A DNA stretch of 64,000 nucleotides from an uncultured Gemmatimonadales bacterium (GCA_963701965.1 OY969695.1:4800001-4864000), one strand, 5' to 3'. Positions 20,598 to 30,714 are shown, counted from the first letter of the stretch. Notes: generated by a model not told the origin, from the letters alone. Program-made: numbers and translations.

Positions 20598-21707
20598 CTC
20601 GATCGACGTCGGGTACTGGCGGGAGCGGAACACGCGTTGGCGCGCGGACTGAAAATCCGCATCGGTGGCCTGAAAAATATTCGGCACGAATTTCTGCGGG
20701 TTGCGGTCGATGAGCGGGAACCAGCTGCTCTGGATCTGCACCATGATCCGGTGCCTTTGAGAAACCGGTAGCTTTGCGTGTGCAGGTCGACGGTGTACTC
20801 GTCGACGTGGTTCGGGATCGCGGGCGTCGGGTCGCTGAAGCTCTTGCGATACCGCCCGCGGAACACATCGTTGGCCACCATGAGCTCGTAGCCGCCGAGC
20901 TTCGGGTCCGGCGGCGTACGTCTCGGGGTAGACGTCGATCAGCTTCACGATCCAATCGCTGTCGGTGCCGGACGTCGAGGCGAAGAGGTGGGCCGTGATG
21001 CTGCCCGCCAGCGTGACATTGGCCGCGAGCGGCTCGGTTTCGTACGTCAGCACATCCGCGCGGTGATCGCCAATCCGCTGGTCTTCGACGAGCCAGGTCG
21101 GCCAATTGGAGCCGGCGGTGAACGTCGATGGGATCGGACGGTGCCGGTACTGCACCGGGTGGGCAGGGTCGGAGACGTAGGCGTCGAAGCCACTGTCCGT
21201 GGCCGACGGCGCGTCGAACGACAGCGTGCCGTTCGGTCCGAAATAGAGTTTCTTGCCCGTCGCCGTAGGCGACGGCCACTTGTCGTACGAGCGCCACGCG
21301 TTCGAGCCTGACTCAAAGACCAGGGCTTTCGGTTGGTTGAACGTGCCCTGGTCTTTGAGAAAATGCGCGAAGAACGGGGCTTGCACGTGCTCCCGGAAGT
21401 AGCGGGCCGTGGGGCTGCCGAAGTCGATGGCGCCCAGCTTCTGACCCTCGGGCCCGGCCCAGCCGCCGTGATTCCAGGGACCGACCACCAGGTAGTTCAT
21501 ATGGTTGGCGTCGTGCGGCTCGAGCGCTTCGAAGATCGTGATCGGCCCGTAGAAATCCTCCTGGTCCCACCAACCCGCTACGTTGAGCGTCGGGATCGTG
21601 ACCCGATTCATGTACGGCGTTGCCGCTTGGCGCTTCCAGAACGCGTCGTAGTTCGGGTGCGCCACGAAGTCATTCCACGTCGGCAGCTTCTCGTGCGCGT
21701 AGCGTGG
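20568..21707 (-). pseudogene. 5'-truncated CocE/NonD-family hydrolase (two compensating frameshifts at ~20910 and ~20753)
   Basis: PTLNVAGWWDQED, VGPWNHGGW, YVSDPAHPV, DSDWIVKLIDVYP, MVQIQSSWFPLIDRNPQ; N-terminal catalytic Ser region absent. Confidence 0.8.
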
Positions 21708-21726
21708 TGTGTACATGCTGTACACA
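21708..21726. promoter_or_regulatory. Palindrome, putative operator
   Basis: TGTGTACA-tgc-TGTACACA, 7 nt upstream of the CPBP start. Confidence 0.45.
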
Positions 21727-21733
21727 GTACGCC

Positions 21734-22618
21734 ATGACGATGCCAATGGCCAGCACATCCTACGCCACGCCCGCCGATCGCGCCACGGCGGCGCGCCGCG
21801 GCCTCGCGATCTACTTCGCCGTGTTGATTCCCGGGTCCGGGCTGGTCGAATGGCTCATCCTCGGCAAAGGCCAGTCGATCGGAAGCTATCCCTGGCTCGT
21901 GCTGATCCTGATGTACATGCCGACCCTGTCCTCCGTGGTCGCACGGATCGTCCAGCGCGAGGGGATCGCCGACGTCTCGTTTCGCATCGGCGGACGGGAG
22001 ACCGGGCGCGCGGCGCTCACGGCGCTGGCCATGCCCCTCGTCGTCGGGTTCGCGGCCTACGGTGCCGCCTGGGCCCTCGGCCTCGTCGGCTACCAAACTC
22101 CGATGCAATCGCGGTTTCACTTCGTGCCGGCCGGATTCTGGCCATACATTGGCATCACGCTGGTGCTCGTCACGCCGATCGCGATGGTCTCGGCGGCCGG
22201 CGAGGAAATCGGATGGCGCGGTTACATGCTGACGCGCCTCATTGATGCCGGTGTACCGCGGCCGTTGGTGGTGAGTGGATTGATCTGGGCCACCTGGCAC
22301 TTCCCGCTCATCCTGAGCGGACAGTACGCCTCCAGTCCCTATCCGATCCTGTCCGCGGCGATCTTCATGGCCGACGTCGTGGGCATCGCGCTCGTGATCG
22401 GCATCGTGCGCCTGCGATCCGGCAGCGTGTGGCCAGCGGTCCTGCTCCATGGGGCATGGAACGCGATCATCCAGGGACCGTTCGACCGTTCGACGACCGG
22501 ATCCCACGCGTGGCTGTGGGTCGGCGAGTCCGGTCTGTTCGTCGCCGCGGTCAGCTTGGCCTTCGGGGTGGCCGTCGTGCTGCTGGATCGCCGGCGCCCA
22601 ACCGCGCGAGCAGGGTAG
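21734..22618 (+). CDS. CPBP (CAAX/Abi) family intramembrane glutamic endopeptidase
   Basis: GEEIGWRGY, WATWHFP, AVLLHGAWN; multiple TM segments. Confidence 0.92.
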   Translation: MTMPMASTSYATPADRATAARRGLAIYFAVLIPGSGLVEWLILGKGQSIGSYPWLVLILMYMPTLSSVVARIVQREGIADVSFRIGGRETGRAALTALAMPLVVGFAAYGAAWALGLVGYQTPMQSRFHFVPAGFWPYIGITLVLVTPIAMVSAAGEEIGWRGYMLTRLIDAGVPRPLVVSGLIWATWHFPLILSGQYASSPYPILSAAIFMADVVGIALVIGIVRLRSGSVWPAVLLHGAWNAIIQGPFDRSTTGSHAWLWVGESGLFVAAVSLAFGVAVVLLDRRRPTARAG

Positions 22619-23603
22619 GGGACCACGTCGACCAGTAGACGCCTCCGGCCGCGTTGTGCTCGGCGGCCGCCGAGTCGTACAGTGTCAAGAGCACGCGCGG
22701 ATCGACGATGCCGCGGATGAGCGCCGGTCGGCCATATCGGTGCTCGACGACCGTCGACATGCGATAGCCGACGGTGTACCAGGCGCCCTGATATCCCCAG
22801 AACGGATCGGCGCGCGCCCGAATCGCATCCGCGCCGGCGAGTCGGCCGTCGAGGATGTCGGTGACGAACTCCTGCAGCGCCAGGAGATCGCCGTTGAAAT
22901 GCTCCATGTCATGGTCCCACCGCGCCCGGCTCGCCGAGTCGTCGGCGGCGTGCGGGTGCACGTCGGGCGAGCCGGCCGCGGCCAGCATCGCCTCCCCCTC
23001 ACCCAGCGCGCCGATCCAGTCCAGCGCCGTCCGCGCCACCGGCGGCTGATCGGCGAAGAGTCGCACCTGTTCGGCCTCGATGCTCTGCAAGCCAATGTGG
23101 TGGCATTCGTGCACGACCGTGTTGGCGAACTGCTCCCGCTTCGTGTGCTCGTCGAGGTATAGGAAGATCGCCGGCCCGTCGTCGCCGTGTCGCCAGACGA
23201 AGCTGTTCGTCACCGGCTTGATCTCGGGGAAGACCCGCGCCCGAATCACCGCATTCCCGGGCAGGTACTGGAGCGCCTGGGCGCCAAGCGACCCCATGTC
23301 CGCGCCCGCCCACGCCGCCAGGGTCGCCTCGAGCGCCGGGAGCCGGGCGATCGTCGCCGGCGCGGCCAGAAAAGCGCGAAAGTCGTCGTCGCTGAACCCG
23401 CGATGCATCGACGCCTCCCGGGCCTTGAGCCACTGGTACGGCGTTGTCGCGAACAACGCCGACCACTGCTCCGGCGCCACCGCTTCGTGCGCCTCCTGCC
23501 GGTGCAGGATGGCGATCACGGCCTGGGCTTCGCTCGGGTCGAGCACCAACTGCACGCGCGGCGGGTCGGCCATGGCCATGCCCGCGAGGAGAAATGGCAG
23601 CAT
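22551..23603 (-). CDS. Secreted putative Zn-dependent protease (DUF5700-like)
   Basis: Signal peptide, HECHH (HExxH), GEGEAMLAA, GAWYTVGY; 3' end overlaps the convergent CPBP gene. Confidence 0.75.
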   Translation of the reverse strand: MLPFLLAGMAMADPPRVQLVLDPSEAQAVIAILHRQEAHEAVAPEQWSALFATTPYQWLKAREASMHRGFSDDDFRAFLAAPATIARLPALEATLAAWAGADMGSLGAQALQYLPGNAVIRARVFPEIKPVTNSFVWRHGDDGPAIFLYLDEHTKREQFANTVVHECHHIGLQSIEAEQVRLFADQPPVARTALDWIGALGEGEAMLAAAGSPDVHPHAADDSASRARWDHDMEHFNGDLLALQEFVTDILDGRLAGADAIRARADPFWGYQGAWYTVGYRMSTVVEHRYGRPALIRGIVDPRVLLTLYDSAAAEHNAAGGVYWSTWSPTLLARLGAGDPAARRPPRRPS

Positions 23604-23653
23604 GGTCCTCTGACAATGGTATCTTGGGTTTGGTTGCGCCGGACTCTCCTGAG

Positions 23654-23709
23654 TTGACACTTTGTAAGTCGTTTGGTAGCTTACAAGTCTGTCAAAAACA
23701 GCCTATACT
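23654..23709 (+). promoter_or_regulatory. Tandem sigma70-like promoters of the rplM operon
   Basis: TTGACA-17-TAGCTT and TTACAA-17-TATACT. Confidence 0.6.
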
Positions 23710-23717
23710 CGACGGAT

Positions 23718-24158
23718 ATGAGAACATTCTCCGCGACGCCCGCGGATATCGACCATAAGTGGTTCATCGTGGACGCTGACGGCCTCGTGCTCGGCCGACT
23801 GGCCTCCGAGGTCGCCAAGGTCATTCGGGGCAAGCACAAGCCGACGTTCACGCCGCACATGGACACTGGCGACTACGTCATCATTATCAATGCTGCCAAA
23901 GTGCGCGTGACCGGACGCAAAGGCGAGCAGAAAGAATATTTCCGCCACACCGGCTACATGGGACATGAGCGGTTCACGCCGCTCGCGACCATGCTCGCGA
24001 AGCACCCGGAGCGCGTGGTCGAGAAGGCCGTCTACGGCATGCTGCCGAAGACCGCCCTCGGCCGGCAAGAGCTCCGCCGCAAGCTGCGCGTCTTCGCCGG
24101 TGCCGAGCACACGCACGCGGCCCAGCAACCCACGCCCCTCCCGATCGATGCCGGCTGA
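23718..24158 (+). CDS. rplM: 50S ribosomal protein L13
   Basis: WFIVDADGLVLGRLAS, GKHKPTFTPHMDTGDYV, GMLPK. Confidence 0.98.
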   Translation: MRTFSATPADIDHKWFIVDADGLVLGRLASEVAKVIRGKHKPTFTPHMDTGDYVIIINAAKVRVTGRKGEQKEYFRHTGYMGHERFTPLATMLAKHPERVVEKAVYGMLPKTALGRQELRRKLRVFAGAEHTHAAQQPTPLPIDAG

Positions 24159-24546
24159 TCCTCTTACGAAGCACACCGTCGGTCGGCGCAAAGAAGCCGT
24201 CTGCCGCCTGTACCTGACCCCCGGTTCCGGCAAGTGGAACGTCAACGGACGGACGCTGGGCGATTACTTCCCGCGGCCCGCGCTCGTCTCCGCGATCCAG
24301 CAGCCCTTCACGGCGACCGATACCCTCGGCCGCTATGACGTCAAAGCGACGGTGGAAGGCGGCGGGTTGTCCGGACAGGCTGGAGCGCTGCGTCTTGCGG
24401 CGTCCCGGGCTCTCGTACAGATCGATGAGAATTATCGGCGCAAGCTCCGGGATCTCGGGTTGCTCACGCGCGACGCGCGCGCGGTGGAGCGGAAGAAGCC
24501 CGGCCGGCCCAAGGCACGCAAACGCTTCCAGTTCAGCAAACGCTAA
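24148..24546 (+). CDS. rpsI: 30S ribosomal protein S9
   Basis: GRRKEAV, GGGLSGQAGA, VERKKPGRPKARKRFQFSKR. Confidence 0.98.
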   Translation: MPADPLTKHTVGRRKEAVCRLYLTPGSGKWNVNGRTLGDYFPRPALVSAIQQPFTATDTLGRYDVKATVEGGGLSGQAGALRLAASRALVQIDENYRRKLRDLGLLTRDARAVERKKPGRPKARKRFQFSKR

Positions 24547-24549
24547 AAC

Positions 24550-25458
24550 ATGGCCCAACCCAATCTCGACGATCTCCTGAAGGCCGGCGTCCACTTCGGA
24601 CACCAGACGCGCCGATGGAATCCCAAAATGCGCCGGTTCATCTTCGCCGAGCGCAACGGAATCCACATCATCGATCTGCAGAAAACCCTGCGGCAGATCG
24701 AGCTCGCCCAGAAACTCGCCCGTGAAGTGATTCTGCGCGGCGACAACGTGCTCTTCGTCTGCACGAAGCGGCAGTTGAGCGCCATCGTGCGCGAAGAGGC
24801 CGAGCGGTGTGGCGCGATGTACGTGACCGAGCGGTGGCTGGGCGGGCTGCTGACGAACTTCCAGACGGTCAAAAAGCAAATTCGGCGGCTCAAGGATCTC
24901 GAGGCGGGCAGCGAGACGGGCGGCGAGTTCGAGAACTACACCAAGAAAGAGCAGCTCCTCATGAGCCGTCAGCGCGACAAGCTCTCCAAGAACTTGTCGG
25001 GCATCAAGAACATGACCCGCGTGCCGGGCCTCATGTTCGTGATCGACTCCAAGAAGGAGCGCATCGCGGTCTGCGAAGCCAACAAGCTCGGGATGTCGAT
25101 CATCGCGATCGTCGACACCAATGCCGATCCCGACGTCATCACGGTCCCCATTGCCGGCAACGACGACGCGATCCGGTCCGTCGAGCTGATCGCGCGCGCG
25201 ATCGCCGATGCCGTGGTCGAAGCGCGGCGGGAAGCGCCGGTGCGGCAGGAAGTCGAGGAAGGCGAGTCGAACACCTACAGCTCCGATCGGGGCATGGAGC
25301 CCGCCGCGGGCGAGGATGAGCGGCGGCGCCGTCGCCGGCCGCGTCGCCGGCGCGCCAAGCCCGAGGCCATTGCGGCCCGGCTCAAGAGCGGAGCCGTGGA
25401 CGAGGTCGATGCGGCAGCCCCGGAAGGCGAGGTCGAAGCGGACGACGCCGGGGCCTGA
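24550..25458 (+). CDS. rpsB: 30S ribosomal protein S2
   Basis: AGVHFGHQTRRWNPKM, RWLGGLLTN, VDTNADP, GNDDAIRS. Confidence 0.98.
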   Translation: MAQPNLDDLLKAGVHFGHQTRRWNPKMRRFIFAERNGIHIIDLQKTLRQIELAQKLAREVILRGDNVLFVCTKRQLSAIVREEAERCGAMYVTERWLGGLLTNFQTVKKQIRRLKDLEAGSETGGEFENYTKKEQLLMSRQRDKLSKNLSGIKNMTRVPGLMFVIDSKKERIAVCEANKLGMSIIAIVDTNADPDVITVPIAGNDDAIRSVELIARAIADAVVEARREAPVRQEVEEGESNTYSSDRGMEPAAGEDERRRRRRPRRRRAKPEAIAARLKSGAVDEVDAAAPEGEVEADDAGA

Positions 25459-25488
25459 CGGCTGGGGCGCCACGCTGCTACACTTGAC

Positions 25489-25519
25489 ACGCCGCCGGTG
25501 CACTTGCCGGCGGCGTTTT
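25489..25519 (+). terminator. Intrinsic terminator/attenuator between rpsB and tsf
   Basis: acgccgccgg...ccggcggcgt followed by a T run. Confidence 0.65.
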
Positions 25520-25557
25520 GGTAGGATCAATTGGGGTAGATCAGGAGAGACGAAGAT

Positions 25558-26163
25558 ATGACAGCGACAGCGTTTACAGCGAAGGATGTCCAGGAGCTGC
25601 GCCAGCGGACCGGCGCCGGCATGATGGACGCCAAGCGGGCATTGGAGGAGAACGGCGGCAACATGGACAAGGCCGCCGATTGGCTGCGCTCGAAGGGCGT
25701 GGCCAAGGCCGAAAAGCGCGCCGGGAAAGTCGCGCGCGAAGGCCAGGTCGGCAGCTACATCCACCACAACGGGCGGGTCGGCGTGCTGGTGGAAGTGAAC
25801 TGCGAGACCGACTTCGTCGCGCGGAACCCCGAGTTCAAGCAACTCGTGAACCACATCGCCGAGCACATCGCCGCCGCGAATCCCGTGAGCGTCGACAAGG
25901 ACAGCGTGCCCGCGGATCGCGTCGAGCGCGAGCGCCGGATCTTCGAGGAGCAGGTCAAGGAGAGCGGCAAGCCCGCGCACCTCATCGACAAGATCGTCGC
26001 CGGCAAGATCGAATCCTTCTACAAGGACGTCGCGCTCATGCACCAGGAGTGGGTGCGCGAGCCCAAGAAGACCATCGGCGATCTGGTGAAGGAACTGGCG
26101 GCGAAAGTCGGCGAGAACATCGTCGTGCGCCGGTTCTCCCGCTTTCAGCTGGGCGAGGAGTAA
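25558..26163 (+). CDS. tsf: Elongation factor Ts (short form)
   Basis: ELRQRTGAGMMDAK, EVNCETDFVA, VRRFSRFQLGE. Confidence 0.97.
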   Translation: MTATAFTAKDVQELRQRTGAGMMDAKRALEENGGNMDKAADWLRSKGVAKAEKRAGKVAREGQVGSYIHHNGRVGVLVEVNCETDFVARNPEFKQLVNHIAEHIAAANPVSVDKDSVPADRVERERRIFEEQVKESGKPAHLIDKIVAGKIESFYKDVALMHQEWVREPKKTIGDLVKELAAKVGENIVVRRFSRFQLGEE

Positions 26164-26169
26164 GACACC

Positions 26170-26934
26170 GTGGCGAGCGTCGAATCGGCGGTCGCCCCGG
26201 TGCGCACCCCGTCGCCATCGCTGCGCTACCAGCGCGTGCTGCTCAAGGTCTCGGGCGAGGCGCTGGCCGGCGATAAACCCGGACGCCTGGGATTTGATTT
26301 CCCGACGATCGAACGGTTCGCCGTGGAGATTCAACGCGTCTTCGAGCTGGGCGCCGAGATCGGTCTCGTCATCGGTGGCGGCAACATCGTGCGCGGCCGC
26401 CAGCTGGCCGACCACGGCGTCGATCGCGTCGGCGCCGACTATATGGGCATGCTCGGGACGGTGATCAACGCGCTCGCGGTGCAGGATGTGTTGGAGCGTC
26501 GCGGGTTGGATACCCGGGTCATGACGGCGATCCGGATGGAAGAGCTGGCCGAGCCTTATATCCGGCGTCGGGCCATGCGGCACCTGGAGCAAGGGCGGAT
26601 CGTGATTTTTGCCGCGGGCACCGGCAACCCGTACTTCTCCACCGATACGGCCGCCGTGCTGCGCGCCATCCAGATGAAGGCCGACGTCATCATCAAGGCG
26701 ACCAGTGTGGACGGCATTTACTCCGCCGATCCCAAGCGCCACAAAGATGCCCGCCTCTACACGCGCGTCAGTTACAACGAAGTGATGCGCGACGAGCTGG
26801 GCGTCATGGACCAGACCGCCATCACGCTGTGCAAGGAGAATCGGCTCCCGTTGATCGTCCTCAACATCAACCTGCCCAACTCGGTGGCCCGCGCCCTCAG
26901 CGGGGAGAGCGTCGGAACCCTCGTCGACTCATGA
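26170..26934 (+). CDS. pyrH: UMP kinase
   Basis: [30 protein letters not shown]. Confidence 0.97.
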   Translation: MASVESAVAPVRTPSPSLRYQRVLLKVSGEALAGDKPGRLGFDFPTIERFAVEIQRVFELGAEIGLVIGGGNIVRGRQLADHGVDRVGADYMGMLGTVINALAVQDVLERRGLDTRVMTAIRMEELAEPYIRRRAMRHLEQGRIVIFAAGTGNPYFSTDTAAVLRAIQMKADVIIKATSVDGIYSADPKRHKDARLYTRVSYNEVMRDELGVMDQTAITLCKENRLPLIVLNINLPNSVARALSGESVGTLVDS

Positions 26935-27491
26935 CCCCCACCACCATACCGCAGATCATCAAAGAAATGCGCGTCGCGATGGACAAGTCGCTGGAGAACA
27001 CGCGGAAGGAGTTCGCGTCGATCCGGACCGGCAAAGCGACCGCGCAGCTCCTCGACACCGTCCGCGTCGACGCCTACGGCCAGACGATGCCGCTCAATCA
27101 GGTGGCCACCGTCAACGCGCCCGAGCCGCGGCTGCTGCTCGTTCAGCCGTGGGACAAAGGGCTGACCCAGGCCATCGAAAAAGCCATCCGCGAATCCGAT
27201 CTCCAGCTCAACCCGTCGAACCAGAACGGCGTCATTCGGGTGCCGCTCCCGTCGCTCAACGAGCAGCGGCGCAAAGACCTGGTCAAAGTGATCCACAAGC
27301 TGGCCGAGGAAGGGCGAATCGGCGTGCGTCACGCCCGCACCGATGGGCGCGACCGGCTCAAGAAGATCGAGAAGGTCTCCGAGGATGACGTCAAGCAGGG
27401 CGAGCGCGATCTGCAGAAGCTGCACGACGAGTTCATCGGGAAGGTCGACGAGATGGCCAAGAGCAAGGAAGCCGATATTCTGGAAGTGTGA
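26931..27491 (+). CDS. frr: Ribosome recycling factor
   Basis: [30 protein letters not shown]. Confidence 0.97.
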   Translation: MTPTTIPQIIKEMRVAMDKSLENTRKEFASIRTGKATAQLLDTVRVDAYGQTMPLNQVATVNAPEPRLLLVQPWDKGLTQAIEKAIRESDLQLNPSNQNGVIRVPLPSLNEQRRKDLVKVIHKLAEEGRIGVRHARTDGRDRLKKIEKVSEDDVKQGERDLQKLHDEFIGKVDEMAKSKEADILEV

Positions 27492-27569
27492 GGCGTGCGC
27501 GCGGGTGTGGCCGGCTCACGGCCTGAGGAGCCCGGCGTGGCGACCGTGACCGTGCCCGGGAAAGCGCCC

Positions 27570-28436
27570 ATGTCGGAGCTCGCGCTGCGGGTGCTGTTCG
27601 CGGTCGTCGCGGTCCCAGCGACCGTCGCGTTGATCTGGGTCGGCGGCGTCGCGCTCGGCGTCTTCGTGGCCACCGCGGCCGGCCTCGGCGCCTGGGAGCT
27701 CTTTCGCATGGCCCGCGCCGGCGGCGTCGATCCGATCGACTCGGTCGGCGTCCCGCTGGCGGCGCTCCTACCGCTCGTCGCCTCGCTGGCGCCGCAGGGC
27801 GTCTTCGCGCTGCCGCTGGGCGTGAGCGCGCTCATGGTGCTCGTCATCTTCGCCGCCGCGATCTGGCTCCGCGGCGCCGCGGGACGTCCCCTGTCCGCCG
27901 TGTCCGTGACCCTGTTCGGCGTCGTGTACACCGGCGGGATGCTGAGCTTCGGCTTCGGCATTCGGTATCACAACTATGCCGTCGGGCGCACGGCCGGCAC
28001 GCTCTTACTGTTGCTCCCGATCATCCTGACTTGGGTGAACGACATCGGCGCCTACGCGTTGGGACGGCTGTTCGGCCGCCGCAAGCTCATTCCCGCGGTG
28101 AGCCCGGGGAAGACGGTCGCCGGCGCGATCGGCGGCACCGCGGTGACCGTGCTGGTGTGCTGGGCCTACGTGCGGTGGGTGCTGCAGCCGTATGCGCAGC
28201 TCGCGCTCGCGCCCTCCGGTATCGTCGCCGTGGGCCTGGTCCTGAGCCTCGCGGCCCAATTGGGCGATCTTGCCGAGTCCCTCCTCAAACGCGAAGCGGG
28301 CGTCAAAGACAGCTCTGGGCTCATCCCCGGTCACGGCGGCGTGCTCGATCGACTCGATAGTCTTCTCTTCGTGCTGCCGAGCGCGTATCTCCTCTTCGGT
28401 TTGCCCGGCATCCTTCTTCCGGCACCACTGCCGTGA
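27570..28436 (+). CDS. cdsA: Phosphatidate cytidylyltransferase
   Basis: DIGAY..G, SPGKTVAG, GDLAESLLKREAGVKDS..IPGHGGVLDRLD. Confidence 0.95.
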   Translation: MSELALRVLFAVVAVPATVALIWVGGVALGVFVATAAGLGAWELFRMARAGGVDPIDSVGVPLAALLPLVASLAPQGVFALPLGVSALMVLVIFAAAIWLRGAAGRPLSAVSVTLFGVVYTGGMLSFGFGIRYHNYAVGRTAGTLLLLLPIILTWVNDIGAYALGRLFGRRKLIPAVSPGKTVAGAIGGTAVTVLVCWAYVRWVLQPYAQLALAPSGIVAVGLVLSLAAQLGDLAESLLKREAGVKDSSGLIPGHGGVLDRLDSLLFVLPSAYLLFGLPGILLPAPLP

Positions 28437-29539
28437 AGGGCATCGCGATCCTCGGCTCCACGGGCTCGATCGGCACCACCGCCCTTCGCGTGCTCGAGCG
28501 CCAACGCGACCGCTTCTCGGTCGTGGCGCTGACCGCGCGCGCCAACGCGTCGCTGCTCGCCGAGCAAGCGCTCCACTATCGACCGCCGTTTGTGGGTTGC
28601 GTCGATCAGGACGGTGCCGACTGCTTGATCGAGGCCGCCAGCCGGCCCGACGTCGATATCGTCCTCAACGCGGTCGTCGGCGCCGCGGGCCTCGACGCGA
28701 CGCTCGCGGCGCTCCGCGCCGGCAAGCGCGTGGCCCTCGCCAACAAGGAGACCCTGGTGATGGCTGGGGCACTGGTTGCGGAAGCGGCCCGGCAGGGCAA
28801 AGGGGAGATCGTCCCGGTCGATAGCGAGCATTCGGCCATTCTCCAGTGTTTGGGTACGAGGTCGCCGCACGAAGTGCGGCGCCTCGTGATTACGGCTTCC
28901 GGCGGCCCGTTTCGCAGCTGGCCCCGCGAGCGTCTGGCAAGAGCAACGGTCGCCGACGCGCTCCAGCATCCCACGTGGCGGATGGGCCGCAAGGTCACCG
29001 TCGATAGCGCCACGCTCGCCAACAAGGCGCTCGAGGTCATCGAGGCGCATTTTCTGTTCGGCGTCCCCTACGACCGGATCGAAGTGGTCGTCCACCCGCA
29101 AAGCGTGGTGCACTCTTTCGTCGAGTTCATCGATGGCAGCGTCCTGGCCCAGCTCGGCCAGCCCAGCATGGAGCTGCCCATCTTGTACGCCTTGACCCAC
29201 CCCGAACGCGTGTCCGACGACGGGGTACCACAATTCGACCCCGTCGGCGTATCGCCTCTCACATTCGAGCGCGTGCGGTCCGATGATTTTCCCGCGCTCG
29301 CGCTCGGTGTCGCGGCGGGCCGCCGCGGCGGCGCCGCACCGGCGGTGTTCAACGCCGCCAACGAGCAAGCGGTCGCGCTGTTTTTGGAGGGCAGGATGTC
29401 GTTTGGAGGGATCGCATTGGCGATCAGTTCCGCGCTCGACGCGCTGGGCGACAGCCCGGGTGCGGACCGCGCATCCTTGCGCGCCGCCGACGCGGCCGCC
29501 CGGGCGCACGTGCTCGGCGGCGTGGAGAGCGCGGTATGA
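28433..29539 (+). CDS. dxr: 1-deoxy-D-xylulose-5-phosphate reductoisomerase
   Basis: ILGSTGSIG, LANKE, PVDSEH, TASGGPF, HPTWRMG, NAANE. Confidence 0.97.
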   Translation: MKGIAILGSTGSIGTTALRVLERQRDRFSVVALTARANASLLAEQALHYRPPFVGCVDQDGADCLIEAASRPDVDIVLNAVVGAAGLDATLAALRAGKRVALANKETLVMAGALVAEAARQGKGEIVPVDSEHSAILQCLGTRSPHEVRRLVITASGGPFRSWPRERLARATVADALQHPTWRMGRKVTVDSATLANKALEVIEAHFLFGVPYDRIEVVVHPQSVVHSFVEFIDGSVLAQLGQPSMELPILYALTHPERVSDDGVPQFDPVGVSPLTFERVRSDDFPALALGVAAGRRGGAAPAVFNAANEQAVALFLEGRMSFGGIALAISSALDALGDSPGADRASLRAADAAARAHVLGGVESAV

Positions 29540-30714
29540 GCGATTTGCTGACCGCCCTGCGGGATCACGTGCCGTGGTTGGCGCCGGTGCTCGTCTTCGG
29601 CCTCGTTGTCTTCGTCCACGAGTTCGGGCATTTCATCGCGGCCAAGCTCACCGGCGTGTACGCGCCGCGATTTTCGATCGGCTTCGGCCCGGCCCTCTGG
29701 CATCACCGGTGGGGTGAGACCGAGTACCGGTTGGGCGCGCTGCCCCTCGGTGGATACGTGCGGATGGCGTCGCGCGACGACGACGCCTCGGCCCTCATCG
29801 AAGGCGGAAACGAAACGGCGCCCACTCCGGGCCCCGACTGGGATCCGAACGCGATGATCCCCTTCGGGCCGCGACCCATCCCCGAGAACCGGTGGTTCGA
29901 GTCCAAGCCGCTGGTGGCGCGACTCATCATCATGCTCGCGGGCGTGACGATGAACGTGCTGCTGGCGTTCGTCGTCATGACCGGCGTCTACGCCTACTAC
30001 GGCAAAGCCGGTACGCAGACTCCGGTGATCGACTCCGTTCGTGCCGACATGCCGGCGGCGGGAGCAGGGCTCATTGCCGGGGATAGCGTCGTCGCCGTCG
30101 GTGGCGTGCCGGTGCGCACGGCGATCGAAGCCCAGGACCGCCTGCGCCCATCGGCCGGGAAGCCGCTGGCGATCGACGTCGTGCGCAGCGGAACCTTGCG
30201 CCGGTTCACGGTCACCCCGGCGGCGGTGGCGGACACCGACCCGTCGACGCACGCCATCCAGACCATCGGTCGCGTCGGCGTACTGTTTCACGCCCCGCGG
30301 GATCCGATTCCGATCTGGCGCGCCGCCGGCTACGGGTTCACCGCGACCGTCGATCTCGGAGGGCTGATCTTGAAATCGGTCGCCGACCTGGCGACCGGCA
30401 AGGTCTCGATCAAGCAGTTGAGCGGCCCGGTGCGCATCGCCCAGGTGTCGGTCGAGGCGGCGCGTTCGGGGATCGAATCCCTGGCCTTCCTGCTGGCGCT
30501 GATCTCGGTGAACGTGGCGATATTCAATCTCCTCCCCATCCCCATTCTCGACGGCGGGCAAATCGTCGTGAATCTCATCGAGGCCATTCGCGGCACGCCC
30601 CTCAGTTTGCGCACACGCGAGCTGGTCGTCCGTACAGGGTTGGTCGCCATTGCCTTGATCATCGTTTTGGCCATGTACAACGATCGATGCGTCTTGCTGC
30701 CCGGGCTCTGTTGA
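29536..30714 (+). CDS. rseP: RIP metalloprotease RseP
   Basis: HEFGH, FSIGFG, PLGGYVRM, PDZ domain, NLLPIPILDGG. Confidence 0.95.
   Translation: MSDLLTALRDHVPWLAPVLVFGLVVFVHEFGHFIAAKLTGVYAPRFSIGFGPALWHHRWGETEYRLGALPLGGYVRMASRDDDASALIEGGNETAPTPGPDWDPNAMIPFGPRPIPENRWFESKPLVARLIIMLAGVTMNVLLAFVVMTGVYAYYGKAGTQTPVIDSVRADMPAAGAGLIAGDSVVAVGGVPVRTAIEAQDRLRPSAGKPLAIDVVRSGTLRRFTVTPAAVADTDPSTHAIQTIGRVGVLFHAPRDPIPIWRAAGYGFTATVDLGGLILKSVADLATGKVSIKQLSGPVRIAQVSVEAARSGIESLAFLLALISVNVAIFNLLPIPILDGGQIVVNLIEAIRGTPLSLRTRELVVRTGLVAIALIIVLAMYNDRCVLLPGLC

Noticed and set aside
23974..26742. 922-aa minus-strand ORF
   Set aside because: Antisense to rplM-rpsI-rpsB-tsf-pyrH; shadow ORF
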